From assembly GCA_964035545.1 (NCBI GenBank), contig OZ037768.1, positions 8,030,741-8,094,740 of the forward strand: a stretch of DNA of 64,000 bases, written 5' to 3'. Under the pieces are notes generated by a model. It had not been told where the DNA came from, did no database searches, and saw only the letters and a program-made list of their open reading frames with translations. How positions within the stretch are numbered: the stretch's first letter is position 1; each line of letters starts with the position of its first letter. This DNA comes from Bugula neritina. Taxonomy: Eukaryota; Animalia; Bryozoa. Of the stretch, positions 45,701 through 60,586 are shown in pieces. The position numbers and the translations under genes are program-made.

Positions 45701-48700
45701 ACCTTGAGACATGTACTGTTCATCCAATTTCATACCCATGTCGTCCAGTACAAGATTCACAGTGTGATCTACCTGAAACATGTGACGGGGATAGTGAATG
45801 GTGTCCCGTAGATACATACAAACGTGATGGAACTGAGTGTACAAACGTAGAACAAGGCTATTGCTATGAAGGGAAATGTAATACCCACAGTTCTCAGTGC
45901 CAGCACATTTGGGGTGTGGAGAATGGAGCTAAGAAGTCAGATGATTTTTGTTACAAGAAAAACAACAATGCCAGTATGATAAATCATATGCCTTTTGTTT
46001 TGTGTTGCTTGAGTAGAAGTGTATGTTTATCATCAATAACTGCATGAATTAGAGAATGAATGACATAGAATGCTGGGTTTAAAATAGTCCAACAAATAGC
46101 TTATTTGTGGTAGTCCAAATAGCTGTACAACAGCAACAGCTGTAAACAGCACAACAGAAAAAACCTTTAGCTGCGGAACTACAATAAAGCTGTTGTAGTG
46201 TAACAAAAGCTTTCCGCGGTGCTTAGATTCCCCAACACATTTTTGTAAAATAATCTATTGCCGAACATGTAACTATAATAAATGACAAAGCAGTCAAGTG
46301 CGTGCTTGAGAAATTTTTACTCTGTAGTCATAGATGAATCAAATGTTTCTATGTAGAAATAACATTCCTGCCTGAAGATCAACTGTTAATATCTTCTTTT
46401 GCGCATAGAAATACTTTTTAGACTGTAGCTGTAGATTATTTAGGTTGGGAACTAACTTTTGAGTACACCTGTTGAAATTTTCATGTTGGCTTAAAAAGAT
46501 GAAAAAGGTTTCTGGTTGATTGGATTTATGTTAAAAGCACTTTTGAATGGTTGGTTTCCAGAAATACAGGGTTTAAAGACAGTTTTTTTCTAAATAAAAT
46601 CAAAAGTGTGCTTATGAAATAAATTTTACAAAAACTGAACATAATGACATATTGCTCAATCCAAAAAACCGGCATCAAAACATTTCATCTGCAGTTGTAA
46701 AAATAAGTATATAAAATTAATGCAGTCCAAATAAGGATTCATCTTTCATTGTTTGAGTAGTGACAGTTACTTGACTGTTTTTTTTTCAGATTTAGTGTTT
46801 TCAAATTTAATATTGTTTCAAGATTGCTGTAGGCCGGTATTATGGAAACTGTGGATGGGAAACCAAAGCACAAGCTTCCCTATCAACTACAGTAACCTAT
46901 GTAAGAGAAAATTTTAAAAGCTGTGAAACAGAAAATGACAAGTTTTGTGGATTGCTGCACTGCCACATTGATCGTGTTGAATCTGCCGATGATGTGTACA
47001 AAATGAAATTGAACATTGTACACACGGAAATGCTACGGTATCTACTCGTACGTGAAGGGAAAAAGTGCGCCATGACTTCTTTCGATGTTGGTGAGAATAA
47101 TTGCAAGTTTTAATATTAATATCACTTTTGTAGAGAGCTTTTCAAACAAAACAAACTTTTGTTCACATATAGATAGGTAAAATTCATATTCAATTTATCA
47201 AATATAACGAACTAGCATATATCACTAGCTAGGTGTATAATTAAAAACCAAATTACTATATATAACGATCTTTTTAACTTTCTATGTTAACTTCATCTAA
47301 TGGCAAATGTTTGACTGCATGCATTAGATTTTATATTTATCATCAGGTATAATAAAGAAGATTTGCTGAACTCTTTTACATGTATATATACAATCATTGA
47401 GTTTTAGTGCTGCAAATTTATTTAATAGAACTAGTCTTGAGTTTCACTATTTGTTCTTTAGGTTTATTCGTGCACGATCCTGGCCAGGTGCCAAATGGAG
47501 CAAAATGTGCCAACAACAGTATGTGTGTCAACTCCAAGTGTGTCTCTGTACCTCAACAACCTGAGTCATGTGACTGTAATGGTAGAGGTGTCTGTAACCA
47601 GCTCAATCAATGTCATTGTGACATCGGCTGGGCTCCACCAGACTGCACGCAAAGAGGACGGGGAGGTTCTCTTGCCAGCCAACCAACTGTTATTTTAAAA
47701 CCAAACCTATCTTTAATAGCAGGTATGCAATACTTTTGAATAATGCACTTGTTTATTTACTTTGTAAAATATTATGTTTTCAAATTTTTAGATAAGGTTA
47801 AGGGCTTAATGTGAGACTGGTTTTATAAGCATGAGAAAAGTTGTTACGCAAGTTTTTACCAAAAGTATAAAAACATTTGTTTTACAATCAGCTGGGTGCA
47901 AAAATTTCAGACGTAAAAATAAAATTCAATCCTGCCCAACGTTTTTAATTGCTGTTTAAGTTTTTTTTTGTCTACAGGTCTGACATCTTTCTTTGGTGTT
48001 GCACTAATGGCTGCCGTTGCCGTAGCAATAGGATACCGACGAAGAAAAGATATCAAAACTTCATTCACCAACTTTCACAGGTTTAAAAATGATCAACTTA
48101 CACAACGCCTCAATGTTTTTTGAAACAACAATATCTGTACTTTTTTTAAAGATTTACAAACAAATTAAAAAGTTTATGCCTACCTTTAATTTCAAAATTA
48201 TAAAAGTTACAAATTTACTCTCTGTATAATCCTGCAGCAACCTACAGCAAAATTGGCTTGAATCTGAAATTAACTTTAAAGGGCATGATTTAAAAATAAA
48301 ACTGTAGCCAACAACACAAGCTACTATATGTATTGATATTTACTATAACTATGACTGCATCACAGTTTTACTGTTTCAGTAAAGAGAATAAATTGAATTC
48401 TCAACAAACTCCACCAGATAAGCCAACTCCTGATCACCTTGCTGTCTCTAAGCAACCCAAGTATTCAACTAGTGCAAGTAAAAATAGTGCTGTTACACCT
48501 TCAAACCAGGCAAAACCAATTCCTAGCAAGTGTAAGTCTCAAGTCTTTGAATCTTTCATTCTGGAGATAATTTATCTAAATTTATCAGATGATACAATCA
48601 TGTGGTCAAAAGTGAACACGTTTAACAGAACTGAAGTTTGTGTATTACCTCTCTATTCAAATGCCTATAAAAAAATTGAAAGCCAAAAAGGTTCATTTTT

Positions 48701-48967
48701 ATTGATGCTAATTATTTGTTATGTGAGAATAATGAGGAGCAAATTAGAAGTTGAGAAAAACCATAAGTTTATTTTATTTTTTTGGCTTGTACAAAATATA
48801 TTCATGACATTAAAATATTAAAATTGTATTTGTTTCTAATTTATCCTTTAGTGGTTACCCCAAACACAGCAGCCACATATTCTCAAATGGCTTCATCTAG
48901 AAGTAAATCCAAGTGGCTAGAACAGACTTCTACTCCACCTTCAAAACCTATAAGTAAACGAAATTAA
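42739..48967 (+). CDS. ADAM metalloprotease, tandem copy 5 (mosaic of other copies)
   Basis: Exons 42739-44011, 44873-45028, 45477-45572, 45689-45973, 46833-47090, 47462-47722, 47978-48080, 48380-48531, 48852-48967. [36 protein letters not shown]. Confidence 0.92.
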
Positions 48968-51900
48968 AACTAGATCAAACCCTAAACTTAGTAACCAAGT
49001 GGAGTATAAAATATGACAGCAAAATTCATTTCGACTAAGTTGTAAAATTATTATTGTATATTGTTATGAATAATTACTATCATGAAAACGCAAAATGTTT
49101 CTTTTTATAATCTAGTTTCAAATTAATCATTGGAAACCATTGGATGTATTTACATGCTAAAAATACCATTTATAATCTGTAATTGTGCCTAATTGTAATA
49201 TATGTATGCATATAACTTATACTTGCACATTTATGTTTCATTGGATGCTAAAATGTATGCATATTAGCAATTCAGTAAAGGAAAAGAGTTGTATAAAAAA
49301 ATGTGCTTAAATAATTCTTCATGAATCCAGAAATGCATGCTTAAAACTTCAAAAAATTGAAATATTCTGAATTACATAGTTATACGAGCCAAAGATATAC
49401 TCAACATACTTATGCACTCAGACTTTATGTGCTGACTCTTACATACACAGACTATATTGAGTGTACTGACTACTGTAGTGTACTGTAAACCACTGCAAAA
49501 CTGTAAAGCCTGCAGATTACAAAATTATATAATTGTACAATAACTTCTATACAATAAAACAATGGGCTCACAAAGGGGAAAATTTGATTGAGTTGATCAT
49601 TTAACTTTAGAACAATTTAGCCACTCTCTGCATAGGCCATATAACTTTGAATTGAAGATTAATGCCGTGTAGATTTGTGCAATTTTAATTCCTGCAATTC
49701 CATGCAAAATATTCAAGTTTGACTTGAATAGTTTATTTATTTACTTGCATATATATTCTATTTTATTTCTTTATAAGAGGCCACATCACACAGCTGTTTG
49801 ATTTAATTATTTGCCAACTGCTCAAAATGTTGTCCTACTTCATGAAAACTGGTTAGTTTTTATCAGTAGGCCTATTTATAGACATAATAATAATATTGTG
49901 TTTCACAAATAAACAAACAGGAGCAAACAACTTCTTAATAGTTATAGTGCATTGCAACACATTCTCTATAACAAAACTTTCACATGTACTGAAAATTTGT
50001 AATATAAATGTATTTCTATAACAATTTTAGGACTCCTATTATACTCAATGGCCTAATAACTATAAGTGTCTGCAAGTGAGAAATTAATCATAGTACAGAC
50101 ACAGACTATCAACAATATTTCCGTTACCAAGCAAATATCACATAGCCGTGCAGGATATAAAACAGGAATTTGTCTATTTACATGAAAATATTATATTATT
50201 ATTTTTGTAGCTGTTGACGCGCATGTAGATTGTAAAATTAAAAACCATTGCTGAGAAATTGCAAGATGCAAGCTGTTTATCAATGAAAGTAGAGTTGTCT
50301 TCCTGGTGCAGAAAATGTTTTTTTATTCGTGGGAATTTCAGTGGGCTCATTGACCGAGCTTGAATTATTAGCCTCTGATTCAAACATTTCAAGTTCATTG
50401 AAGCGTAGCACCGGTTATCGCGTATAGAAAGGTGCCAATTTGATACTTGAGGCTATGAAAAGTTCTATAAAATCACCTCCCAAATCTGATCCGACTTAAA
50501 AAGTTTGCTGTTGAATGTCAATGTACATAGATTGAGATCGCTGCCAGCAAGTGTGGTTGTACATCCAGTTTGAAGTGTGTGTTGAATTGGAATTTTCCAC
50601 ATAATATTATTATTAATTGTGGCTGGATGTAGCACACATTTTAGAATGTTCTTCAGTTATTCATTTTTAATTTGTTCATTTATTTAATTTTACTTTTAGT
50701 TTTAGTTTGATTTTCCTAAGACTAAGAGTAACACTGACTGTAACTGTTACACTTACTGTTAGACTAAGACTCAGACTGGTAGAGTTAGTCACTTTGACGT
50801 AGAGTTAGTGTTACTATTAAAGTGTTATTCATATTGTAACTTAAAGTTAAAGTAAATCACTATCGGAGTGTAAACCTTACACTCAGTCAAGTTGACATGT
50901 TTCACTTGTTCAAGTTAATCTAAAACTTGAAATTGTGTTGGTATAATTATAAGTGCAAGTGTTACTATGTCTATAGCTATTACTATTAGTAATACTAATA
51001 GTAATACTAATAGCTAAGACATAGTTATAGTAATACTAATACTAATAGTAATAGTAATAGTTAGTATAACTATAAGATTAAATATTAGTATTAATACTAA
51101 TAGTAAATTTATACTTATGGTTATGATATAACTCCAAGACAGTGTATAGTCTATAACTTGAATACTATATTGGCATTCTATTTAAAGTATAACTATAAGT
51201 ATTCTAAATTAAAATTTGAAATTTAGCATTCTTGAAAACATAATTCAAATTATTATTTTGATAATCATACCATGGTGATGAATATAATTACTAAAATTAG
51301 CAAAACTTCAATCATAAATATTTATCACTATGGTTGACCATTATGATTATTATAAGAATTTTAGTATGTGAGATTTTCAGTTACTAAGATTCATTTTGAT
51401 TCTGAAATAGCATAATAATGTTTTGTGATAACTGCTGGTGCTCGTGCACTTGGATTCCATTGTTTTATATGGCTGGATTTGTGTTTTTGATTTGCAATAA
51501 ATTATGGCTGTGGTTTCATTTAGTGCAACTGTTCCCAAACATCGAATGAAAAATCTATGGAATGAAAATGAATCAATGGAAATGCAGTAATAATCTTATT
51601 TATAATTGACTTCATCGATAATAACTATTGTGCTTACAAAGTAGCCTAAGCTTGATTTTTACCATTGTTTATTTACTGTTTTGTAATGACAACTTTTTTG
51701 TCTGAATGATAATTTATGTTTTACATTTTGGTCAACTTGAAAGCTCCCCTATAAAACGTAAATTTCATTTTGCAGAATATTTTATTAAAGAATAATAATT
51801 AATAAGCATTGCCAGTTTAAGGAACTTATAAAGGACATAAATGACATAGCTGAGCCTGCCTTATTTTATTTTTGTCTGTTCTTGCAGGGACTAAGTTTAC

Positions 51901-51997
51901 ACACTGAGAATTTCCTACTATCCACAAGCTAGAGATCCTAACCAATAGCGTTTGAACAAGTCGAGAAGCAATTGCTTAACTGTCTTGTAGACTGAAA

Positions 51998-54900
51998 ATG
52001 ATACAGCACAAAATATTACCAAAATTGACCCTTTTATGTATCTTCTATGTTCACACACACGCGAAAAGCATTCAAGGTATAATAGAGAATGAACACTCAT
52101 CTGAACCTTTGCTAGCACCACCTGGAACTCCTGTCAGTGTTGTCATAAATGCTATGCACGTCAACAATTCTTCTATCACATATAAATACTCTTTTCAATC
52201 TCTGCAGGATTTGAATGAAGTACGCCAAAATTTAAACAATTTTCACAAAAATATTGAAATAACGATTATTAGGAACCACAGTACTCCGATAGTACTTTAC
52301 CTGGAAAGAAATTCATTGCTGATTACTAAGAATTTTGTTCGCAAATATTTCGCTTCCTTTGGTGCGCCAATTATGAAAACTACTGATGAACACGATATGA
52401 CGTTGTCAGACTGCTATTTTACTGGTCATGTTTTGAAACACGTCAATTCATTGGTATCTTTGAGTATCTGTAATGGGGTCAAAGGTGTTGTGGAACTATT
52501 TGATCAAGTATATGTTATTAATCCAATTGTGGTGGGGTCGGAGCTTATACATTATTGGCATATGCAAAATGAAACAAACAGTGCTGAATCATCAATGAAA
52601 TGTGGCACTACTGTGGAAGGTGATTACAGCAGACATATGCAGTCTAATTTTTCTGCACATCGACACAAAGGTCGATTCCCTCGACAAATCAAACTACCAG
52701 CAAACCATGTCTCAGAAACCAGATACATAGAAATGTATGTTGTCATGGACAATAGTGAGTACCGCAGAGCGGGCAGTGTGGATGCAACAATCATGAGAGC
52801 TGTAAATATTATAAACTATGTCAGTGCTTTGTACCGGCAGCTAAATATATATATAGCTTTAGTTGGTGTTGAGGTATGGAATAACGGAGATAAAATTCCA
52901 TATACTACAAGCAGTACATCAGGTTTGGACACAGGTAAATTGCTTGCAGAGTTCAACAAATACCGCCAATACAAAATAAATTGGAACGTTAATAATGACA
53001 ATGCTCAGCTGTTCACAGCACTACAGTTTGAAGGTAACTTAATTGGAAAAGGCTCAACCAAAGCCATTTGTTCTCAACCCTACAGTGGGGGGATAACTTT
53101 TGATGGACAAGAAGATAATTATATTCGAGCAGCTACAACCATGGCTCACGAACTCGGACATAACCTGGGCATGATACACAGTGATGATTTTGATGAAGAT
53201 CGTTGCCAGTGTGAAGATCCTCAAAATCCGGAGTTCACAGACTGCATAATGCATTCATCGTCTAGTGGTGTGTAATTATCATATATACAACTGCAGTGCA
53301 ATTAACCGGTTACTATGCCTGTTTGTACTTGATGGTAGTGTCTATTATATAAAGCTTTATCTATCCCTGGAGATAGATGATTAGGCAGTGGGAGAAGTAG
53401 CATATCGACACATAATATTGTATATATAAGCTATAATATATCGTTAAGTGGTTGCTCAGCTGCTAGTAAAATAGATTAAGCACTTAGTAATTAACTAATT
53501 AGGTTGGTGTTTTATTGGATTACAGTTAATATATAGATCAACTGTCCTCTCTACCATCCTTTCAAGTCCCACATCACAGTTGGTACAAATCTTGGCTCTT
53601 CTTACAATCACTTGATACTCTATTCTCAAGTTACCCATTACTTTCAGTTTCATCTTTTCAATGGGATAGTGAAGCCACTAACTGTCAACAACTATCAAAA
53701 TTAAGTTTGAGCTTTGCTTTAGAAAGCCTGCATAGATGCACCACATATTTTGTAAAACAAGAAATCATGTACACATACAATATTATGCAGGCCTATGAAC
53801 CGGTGTGCCTATATTCTGAGATATTTCTGTTCTCATATATTAAGAATGATAAATATGTATATTCAGTGCTGGTAGCACACTTCGTTGATCTCGATATTCA
53901 TTGCATTGTTTTACTGTTTCCAATAGCTTGTGAACAACTGATCCAATATAATAATATTGTTCAATTTTCAAGGAGCCTATTATGTTTAGTCATCTAACAG
54001 TGTGACTGCTATTAAACTGTATAGTTAGTTTTCCTGACCTTCATATATGGTAATAACTTTTTACATATATAATCAATACACAATCTTAAGATAATCTACT
54101 TAATTAACCCAACATTAGGCATATGTCTAAAAAATATCATAAAATCTTAAGTTTGTCCAACTATTGATTTGTGAAATATATATGTAACCTAGTGTTAACT
54201 GTCACTTGCTAGCTGTCAATGTACCAAATGCAACATATTTTATTCAATAAAATTTTGTATGTTTAGCCTATAGGCAATCGGTGCGCTGGTCTCAGTGCAA
54301 TAAGGAGAAGCTTTGGAGAGACTTTACTGAAGGAAACTTTGATCATTGTCTCAAAAATATTCCAGAAGTACTTGAAAAAGTTGGGAATACTGCAATATGT
54401 GGCAACTTCTTTGTAGAAGCTGGTTAGTAGTACTTCATAATGTACATGCAGTAGTTACTAATATGGATCTATTTAGTATCAAAAGTTTAGCTATGTGTTT
54501 AAAAGTATTTTACATTTTTATTCAATAAGTTGATATTTTAATAAAAAATGAGTCATTTAAAATTGGCACATCAGTTGAATCATAAGTACCACATGACTCA
54601 TAGGTTATGGTTGATCAACTCTTCTGGTTAAGATGATTGGCTGCTCACAGTGATTTATTCTTATCCAGAGCAACCGTAGCCTGTCTGTTTCCGGTAGCAG
54701 GCACTGTTTTGTTATTGGCTATGACTGCAGTAATAAATTTACATACAACAGGGTTTGATATCTGATTCATGGTTACTGTTTACTAAAATATTAATTATAT
54801 TCAACTGTGTTGTAACTCATCAGTAACCTAGTCAGCCGTGTGTACTCAGCTGTGTGAAAATTCAGCAATTATATTAACAATTGCACATTGTATTTTTAAT

Positions 54901-57900
54901 GCAAACAATTAGATGCTAGATTTAATGTAATATTAGTTGTATGCTGAAAGTGAGCACACCGTGTGTAGTTGTACATCGAGTTCAGTGAGCTTCAGATTAA
55001 GTGCTCTTTAGGGGTTCATAGACAATGCCATTGTGTTATCTCTACAGGCTGCCAGGAAATGCACTCTGCCTGATCTCCCGGGTTCTTATGTGTCTTGCGC
55101 TGCCTTTTAATCATACTGGGTAGCTGCTAGGTGAAGAGATGTAGGTTTTTCTTAGCTTGGATTCTTAACTTTGCATTGAGATTGTTTTATTTCATAGTTA
55201 GGCAACTCTTCATGCTACAAAGTTCTGCTGCAACTGTTTTATTAAAAACTGCAATTACGCATCTCTCTTTTAGTATATCAGTAACACAAGTTTCAATTTT
55301 GTACAAGGAAACACATTTTTAAGTTATTTTAGAAGCAATGATTTCCTCAAACTGTATACATTTGATGATTGTATGTACTCAAATGAAAGCATGTCAGTTA
55401 ATTCCCTGCCATGTAGTTGAACACTGTGTAAGTGCATGAGACAACTGTCTTATCTGGTAACAGGGTATACTGTTGCTTGATTTAGATCTTTTAGTCACTG
55501 CAAGCTCAGAAGTCTTGTATTAAACTTACTGCAGTAAAGAAACTTACATCATTAAAGAATATGTATTAAGGACGGGCAATTCCTAATATAAGTTGGTGTC
55601 TTACCACCAATGATGTGTCTTATATACAAACACACAAGTCCACAGTGTATTGTAAAATGATGTTTCCAAAGTGCTGATAATAATATTAGCTTAGGGACTT
55701 CAGATTATTTGGAATAATAGTTTTTTGGAGTGTGATTCCGACTCCAGGATAATATGAGAATAGCCCGAGATCTTACTAATATATTGTGCTGTAGGAGAGG
55801 AGTGTGACTGTGGCCAGCCCGCTGATTGTCAGAGTAAGTGTTGTGACCCAACAACCTGTAGACTACACAGCAATGCTACATGTGCTACAGGTAAATAGGC
55901 TCATGAATAATGAGGAATACCACTTTTGCTATGCCTTGTGTCACTTGATTTATTATTCAAGTAACTTTAATGTTGAGTGGCAATTTAACTGTGCAATTGT
56001 GTAGTAACAGTTGTTGATGTCAAAACCATTTCAACATTAGAATGTTGCTGTTGAAAAGATAAAAACAATATGAGTTATTTGTTTGGGCTGTCCAAAAGAT
56101 ATGTGGGCAAAATAACTTAATCAGTTAGAAACTGTTGTAATCATCAAGGATCTTGATAAGCCTTCAGACTATGGAGATTAACTATGACTACAATATATAG
56201 TATATAGTAGTCTGCACGCTGTAAGACCTTCTATACATTTCTACTCATCATTGTATCACACAGGATCCTGCTGTGACCTTGAGACATGTACTGTTCGTCC
56301 AATCTCATACCCATGTCGTACAGTACAAGATTCACAGTGTGATCTACCTGAAACATGTGACGGGGATAGTGAATGGTGTCCTGTAGATACATACAAACGT
56401 GATGGAACTGAGTGTAAAAACATAGAACAGGGCTATTGCTATGAAGGGAAATGTAATACCCACAGTTCTCAGTGTAACTTTGTCTGGGGAGAGGAAAGTG
56501 CGAAAAAGGCGGATGATTTCTGTTACACAACATTTAACAACCGTAGTAAGTAGGCCCAGCTTTCTTACTGTTTCTTAATAATTTAGTTCTATTCTTTATA
56601 GATATTTCTAAAGCGCTGCAGCGTATGTCTATTTTTCCTGAGCTGTGTTTTAGTATCACAAACCTGCTAAATTGCAAACTGCAGTTTTGACTGTTTATTG
56701 TAAAATTGCTGTGTAACATATCTGTAACAGGTTGATGTGCTAGTAGTTATAAAACTTTGCACCAATTTAGGCGCCTACTACGGCAACTGCGGCTGGAAGA
56801 CGCAGCAAGTTGAGTCTGATACGCCTATTGTGAAGGAAGAGTATCAAACTTGTGAAAAGGAAGAAGACAAATTCTGTGGACTCTTGCAATGCCAGTATGA
56901 GGGAGCACCACTGGACCGCACCAAGATCATTAACTTCCCATTGTTTATCTATCATCATACCAGGCAGGGCAAGGACTGTGCTGTCGCTGCTTTCGATGTT
57001 GGTAAGACAAGCTACTGTCATCACTTAGTCATGCTGCCATAATGAAGTAGGTGCAGTGACGCAGAAATTGGAAAAAACCCTGATCTAGATTGAAAAATAT
57101 ATCAAAAGAAATAACATTTGTTTGAAAGTTTTCCCCAGTGTCTTTAATACAATTTCGCAAAGACAATTAAAGAATTTAGGCTTTTAAAATTTCTCTGTCA
57201 CTGGACCTGAATGGCCATAATGACCCCTTTCCTGACCTATGCTGCCACTCTCACACAGACAGCCATGTTTGCCCAAGTCTTGTTTGTTTTCAGAGTATGA
57301 CATTCCAGTCAATTGATAATCATCAAGCTGTCAATCAAGTAGGATTTCAACTCTGCGTTTAGTTTTAGTTGTGGGCGCATGATTATCTCAATCTTCATTG
57401 GCAATTCATCTTTTCTCATAAATCACAATTTATTTACACTTCAGGAAAAATGTTTCTGTTTACTTAATCATATTACTAGTAGTCACATGTTGTGCAGTGT
57501 GTTTATGGCTCACAAGACAAGGTTCAGTGACTACCTAGCAGTAGTTCAATACTTTGTAGTCATATATCATATAGCTGTCAACTGCTAGGAGGAAACTGAT
57601 TAATATGTAATGGCATAAACCTCTCTCTCATATTTTATAACATTAAAACACATCATTTCATAGAAATGTGTATTTCCAAAGTAGGAATGCAAGTAGCCCT
57701 AGTAACTAACAGTTAATATATAGTGTAGCAGGTTTATAGTATGTTCAGCCAGTAAAATACTATATAATGGGTGCTTAAGGATTGCAAGTTGCTGCCTTGA
57801 ATAAATTGCCATTCTATTTAATAAATGTTTTACCCACAGTTATAAAGAAATCTGAACTTTATGTTCCACTTTAGTAGCACTATGTACAGTCACTGTATAA

Positions 57901-60586
57901 TTTCTGAAATACACAACAATTTCTTGTAAATGCACAACTTGCAGTGCAAGCTGTGCATTTGCAAGAAAAGCCATTCCTTAACTAAATCAACAATCTTCAA
58001 GTATATGTTGATAAAGTTAGGTGTTCAGTCATTGGGAAACTATGCAAGTTTTACAGTTGGATAATTTCACCATTAGTTCAAACAATATTTTATCAAACTT
58101 ATGCTCTTAATATCAAAATTATCATCAATATCTTTTCCTTGATCAATATCATCAACCATAACTATTACTGCCATTAAAATCTAAATGTAAAGCACTGTGT
58201 TGCATATTTTAGGTTTTAATGTCTATGATCCTGGCCAGGTGCCGAATGGAGCAAAATGTGCGACTAACAGTATGTGTGTCAACTCCAAGTGTGTCCCTGT
58301 ACCTCAACAACCTGAGTCATGTGACTGTAATGGTAGAGGTGTCTGTAACCAGCTCAATCAATGTCATTGTGACATTGGCTGGGCTCCTCCAGACTGCAAG
58401 CGCAAAGGGAAGGGGGGTTCTATCACCAGCCATCCTATGGTTATTGATGGTCCAAATCTCGCACTACTGTCAGGTTGGTTATTCGCTGCATAGTTTTAAA
58501 GATGCTCCACCTACTGTAGCATTTGGTGTATCAGTAGGAGATGTGATGCTTATTGATTATTGCTATAAAACTTTGCTCCCCAGCATAAAATTGCAGAAAA
58601 CATTCCCAGTGGCATCATTAGTGTGTTCAATGAGAATAGAACTAGCAGCTTTGGAGTTGGTGAAAGTGTATGATACTCAGTGCTAGGTTACCACATGATT
58701 TATATACTTATATCTATATATATAGGAAAACTAGATGCTAGGGTTTTCATGTCTAATCACTTCAATAATCATATGATAAATTATAGGGAGCTTGACATTA
58801 TTAGTTATGACATGATGTCAAGATTAATCTGTTTTACATGGGTTTAGCTCGTATAGATTAATGGGAATAGCATACAGTTAGTTAGTAGTACAAAGCCCCG
58901 GGTGTTAATAATCTAATAAGAAATGGCAAAAGCAACAAGTCAAAACTCTGATTTTTGCTAAAAATTTACAAGAAAAGCCATCCCTTGGGTAATTATGTGC
59001 AGTTCAACATGTTCTGCTGATCTTATTTGAATGTAATTATCTTATCATTATCAATTAGTGTCACTCCAAAGCTGTGACTGGTAACTCTAGAATACTTATT
59101 ATCTATAATCATACATCTAGAGTCTAGATCAACTCTTTCTATGCTTTCTAGAAACTTCATTACACTTTATTTTCTGTATTCATTTAGATTTTTGTACCAA
59201 ATCATATTGCAAATCGCTTTATTGTTCTCTAATAATCTGGTATTTGGATTTATCAACCCATGTTTTTATATTGGCAGGTTTAATATCGTTCTTCAGCATT
59301 GCCCTGATGGTGATTGTTGCAGTAGTGATAGGTTGCAAGCGAAAGGCAGACCTTGAAAAGTTTTTGAACAAACTTAAAAGGTTTGAATTTGTATATTATT
59401 GTGCTGTCTTTCTTCTATAGACTGGTTCAGCTATCTGTTGAATAGAGTGTTTATCAATCAAACTATTGTTGTAGGCTATGCATTCCATATGCCCTCTTTT
59501 CTGTCCTAATGCCTATTATAATATTCAGAAATAAAATTACCAAACTCTAAGTAGTTGTGCTCTCTTGACATTTGTGAGCTCACAACTTTAAATTTACATA
59601 ATATACTGACACTGTAAGTGAGCTACTGGTCATTATTGATTAAGATAGCTAATGGGAGTTATCTACTTAATGTGTAAAATATTATTTCTGTACTGAGAAA
59701 CAAATATTATTTGAGTTGCTTTATGGTCACATAAATGCCTTTACTTGTGCACTTTCCTATATTTCATTACTAGGTGCTGTTTACTTACTAAATTCAATGT
59801 AAAAGATCTGTAAAAGCTTATTTTCTGGGACTGGAACCCTAAAGATACACATTAATTATCATTTTTGTGAGATTGTATTTTCAAATTTTCAAGTATATTT
59901 TGTTGTATTTCACTAGAAGTGAATCAACTAAAAAGGAGACACAACTACAAGATGTTCCAGCTCCAGTCTTGCGTCAAAACGATTCTCAAATATCCAGACC
60001 TCCATTTGTTGTTAAGAAACATTCTGCTCTAAAACCTCCAAATTCAGCTGCTTCTAGTAACAACAAATGTAAGCATATTTGAAATATCTAATATTTTAAC
60101 CACGAGTTCTGATTTTGTGTTGCTGCCACTTTAGCCCTTGATTCTATAACACTTTTTTGTTTCATGTAGATGTAGATATGGTTTGTGAAATATTGTTTTC
60201 AAACTAAGTAATTAATGTGTTTTGTAGCAGTCATATCTACTCCTGTATTCCAAAGTTCTACAAACGGCTCATCTCAAATGCTGGCGAGCACCACACGTAC
60301 TCCTCCTAGCACCGCACTTACACCTCCGCGTGTTGTCCCACCAGCAATTCAAAGTCTTACAACTGATCCAGCTTCAGTTCATTCGAGCAATGCACTCAAA
60401 CCATCACGGGCGGCTCCTCCGCCACCGAAACCTGCTGGCCGAAATGTGAAGAACTTAGGTATGCTTTATGAGAATGTGGCGCCAGCTGTGCCTCCAAAGC
60501 CACCAGTTGGAGCCAAACCTCCTCCTCCTCCAAAGCCAGCTCCAAAACCAGCTCCAAAGCCCAACCCGAACAGGTCTTGGAAATAA
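51998..60586 (+). CDS. ADAM metalloprotease, copy 6 (meltrin/ADAM12-like architecture with Pro-rich cytoplasmic tail; probable progenitor)
   Basis: Exons 51998-53267, 54267-54422, 55795-55890, 56264-56545, 56771-57001, 58213-58473, 59278-59380, 59917-60068, 60228-60586. Cys-switch MKCGT, furin-type [47 protein letters not shown], tail with [11 protein letters not shown] and PPKPP. Confidence 0.93.

Noticed and set aside
50960-51110. Palindromic TACTAA/TAGTAA region
   Set aside because: Low-complexity AT-rich repeat; self-complementarity is expected from composition.
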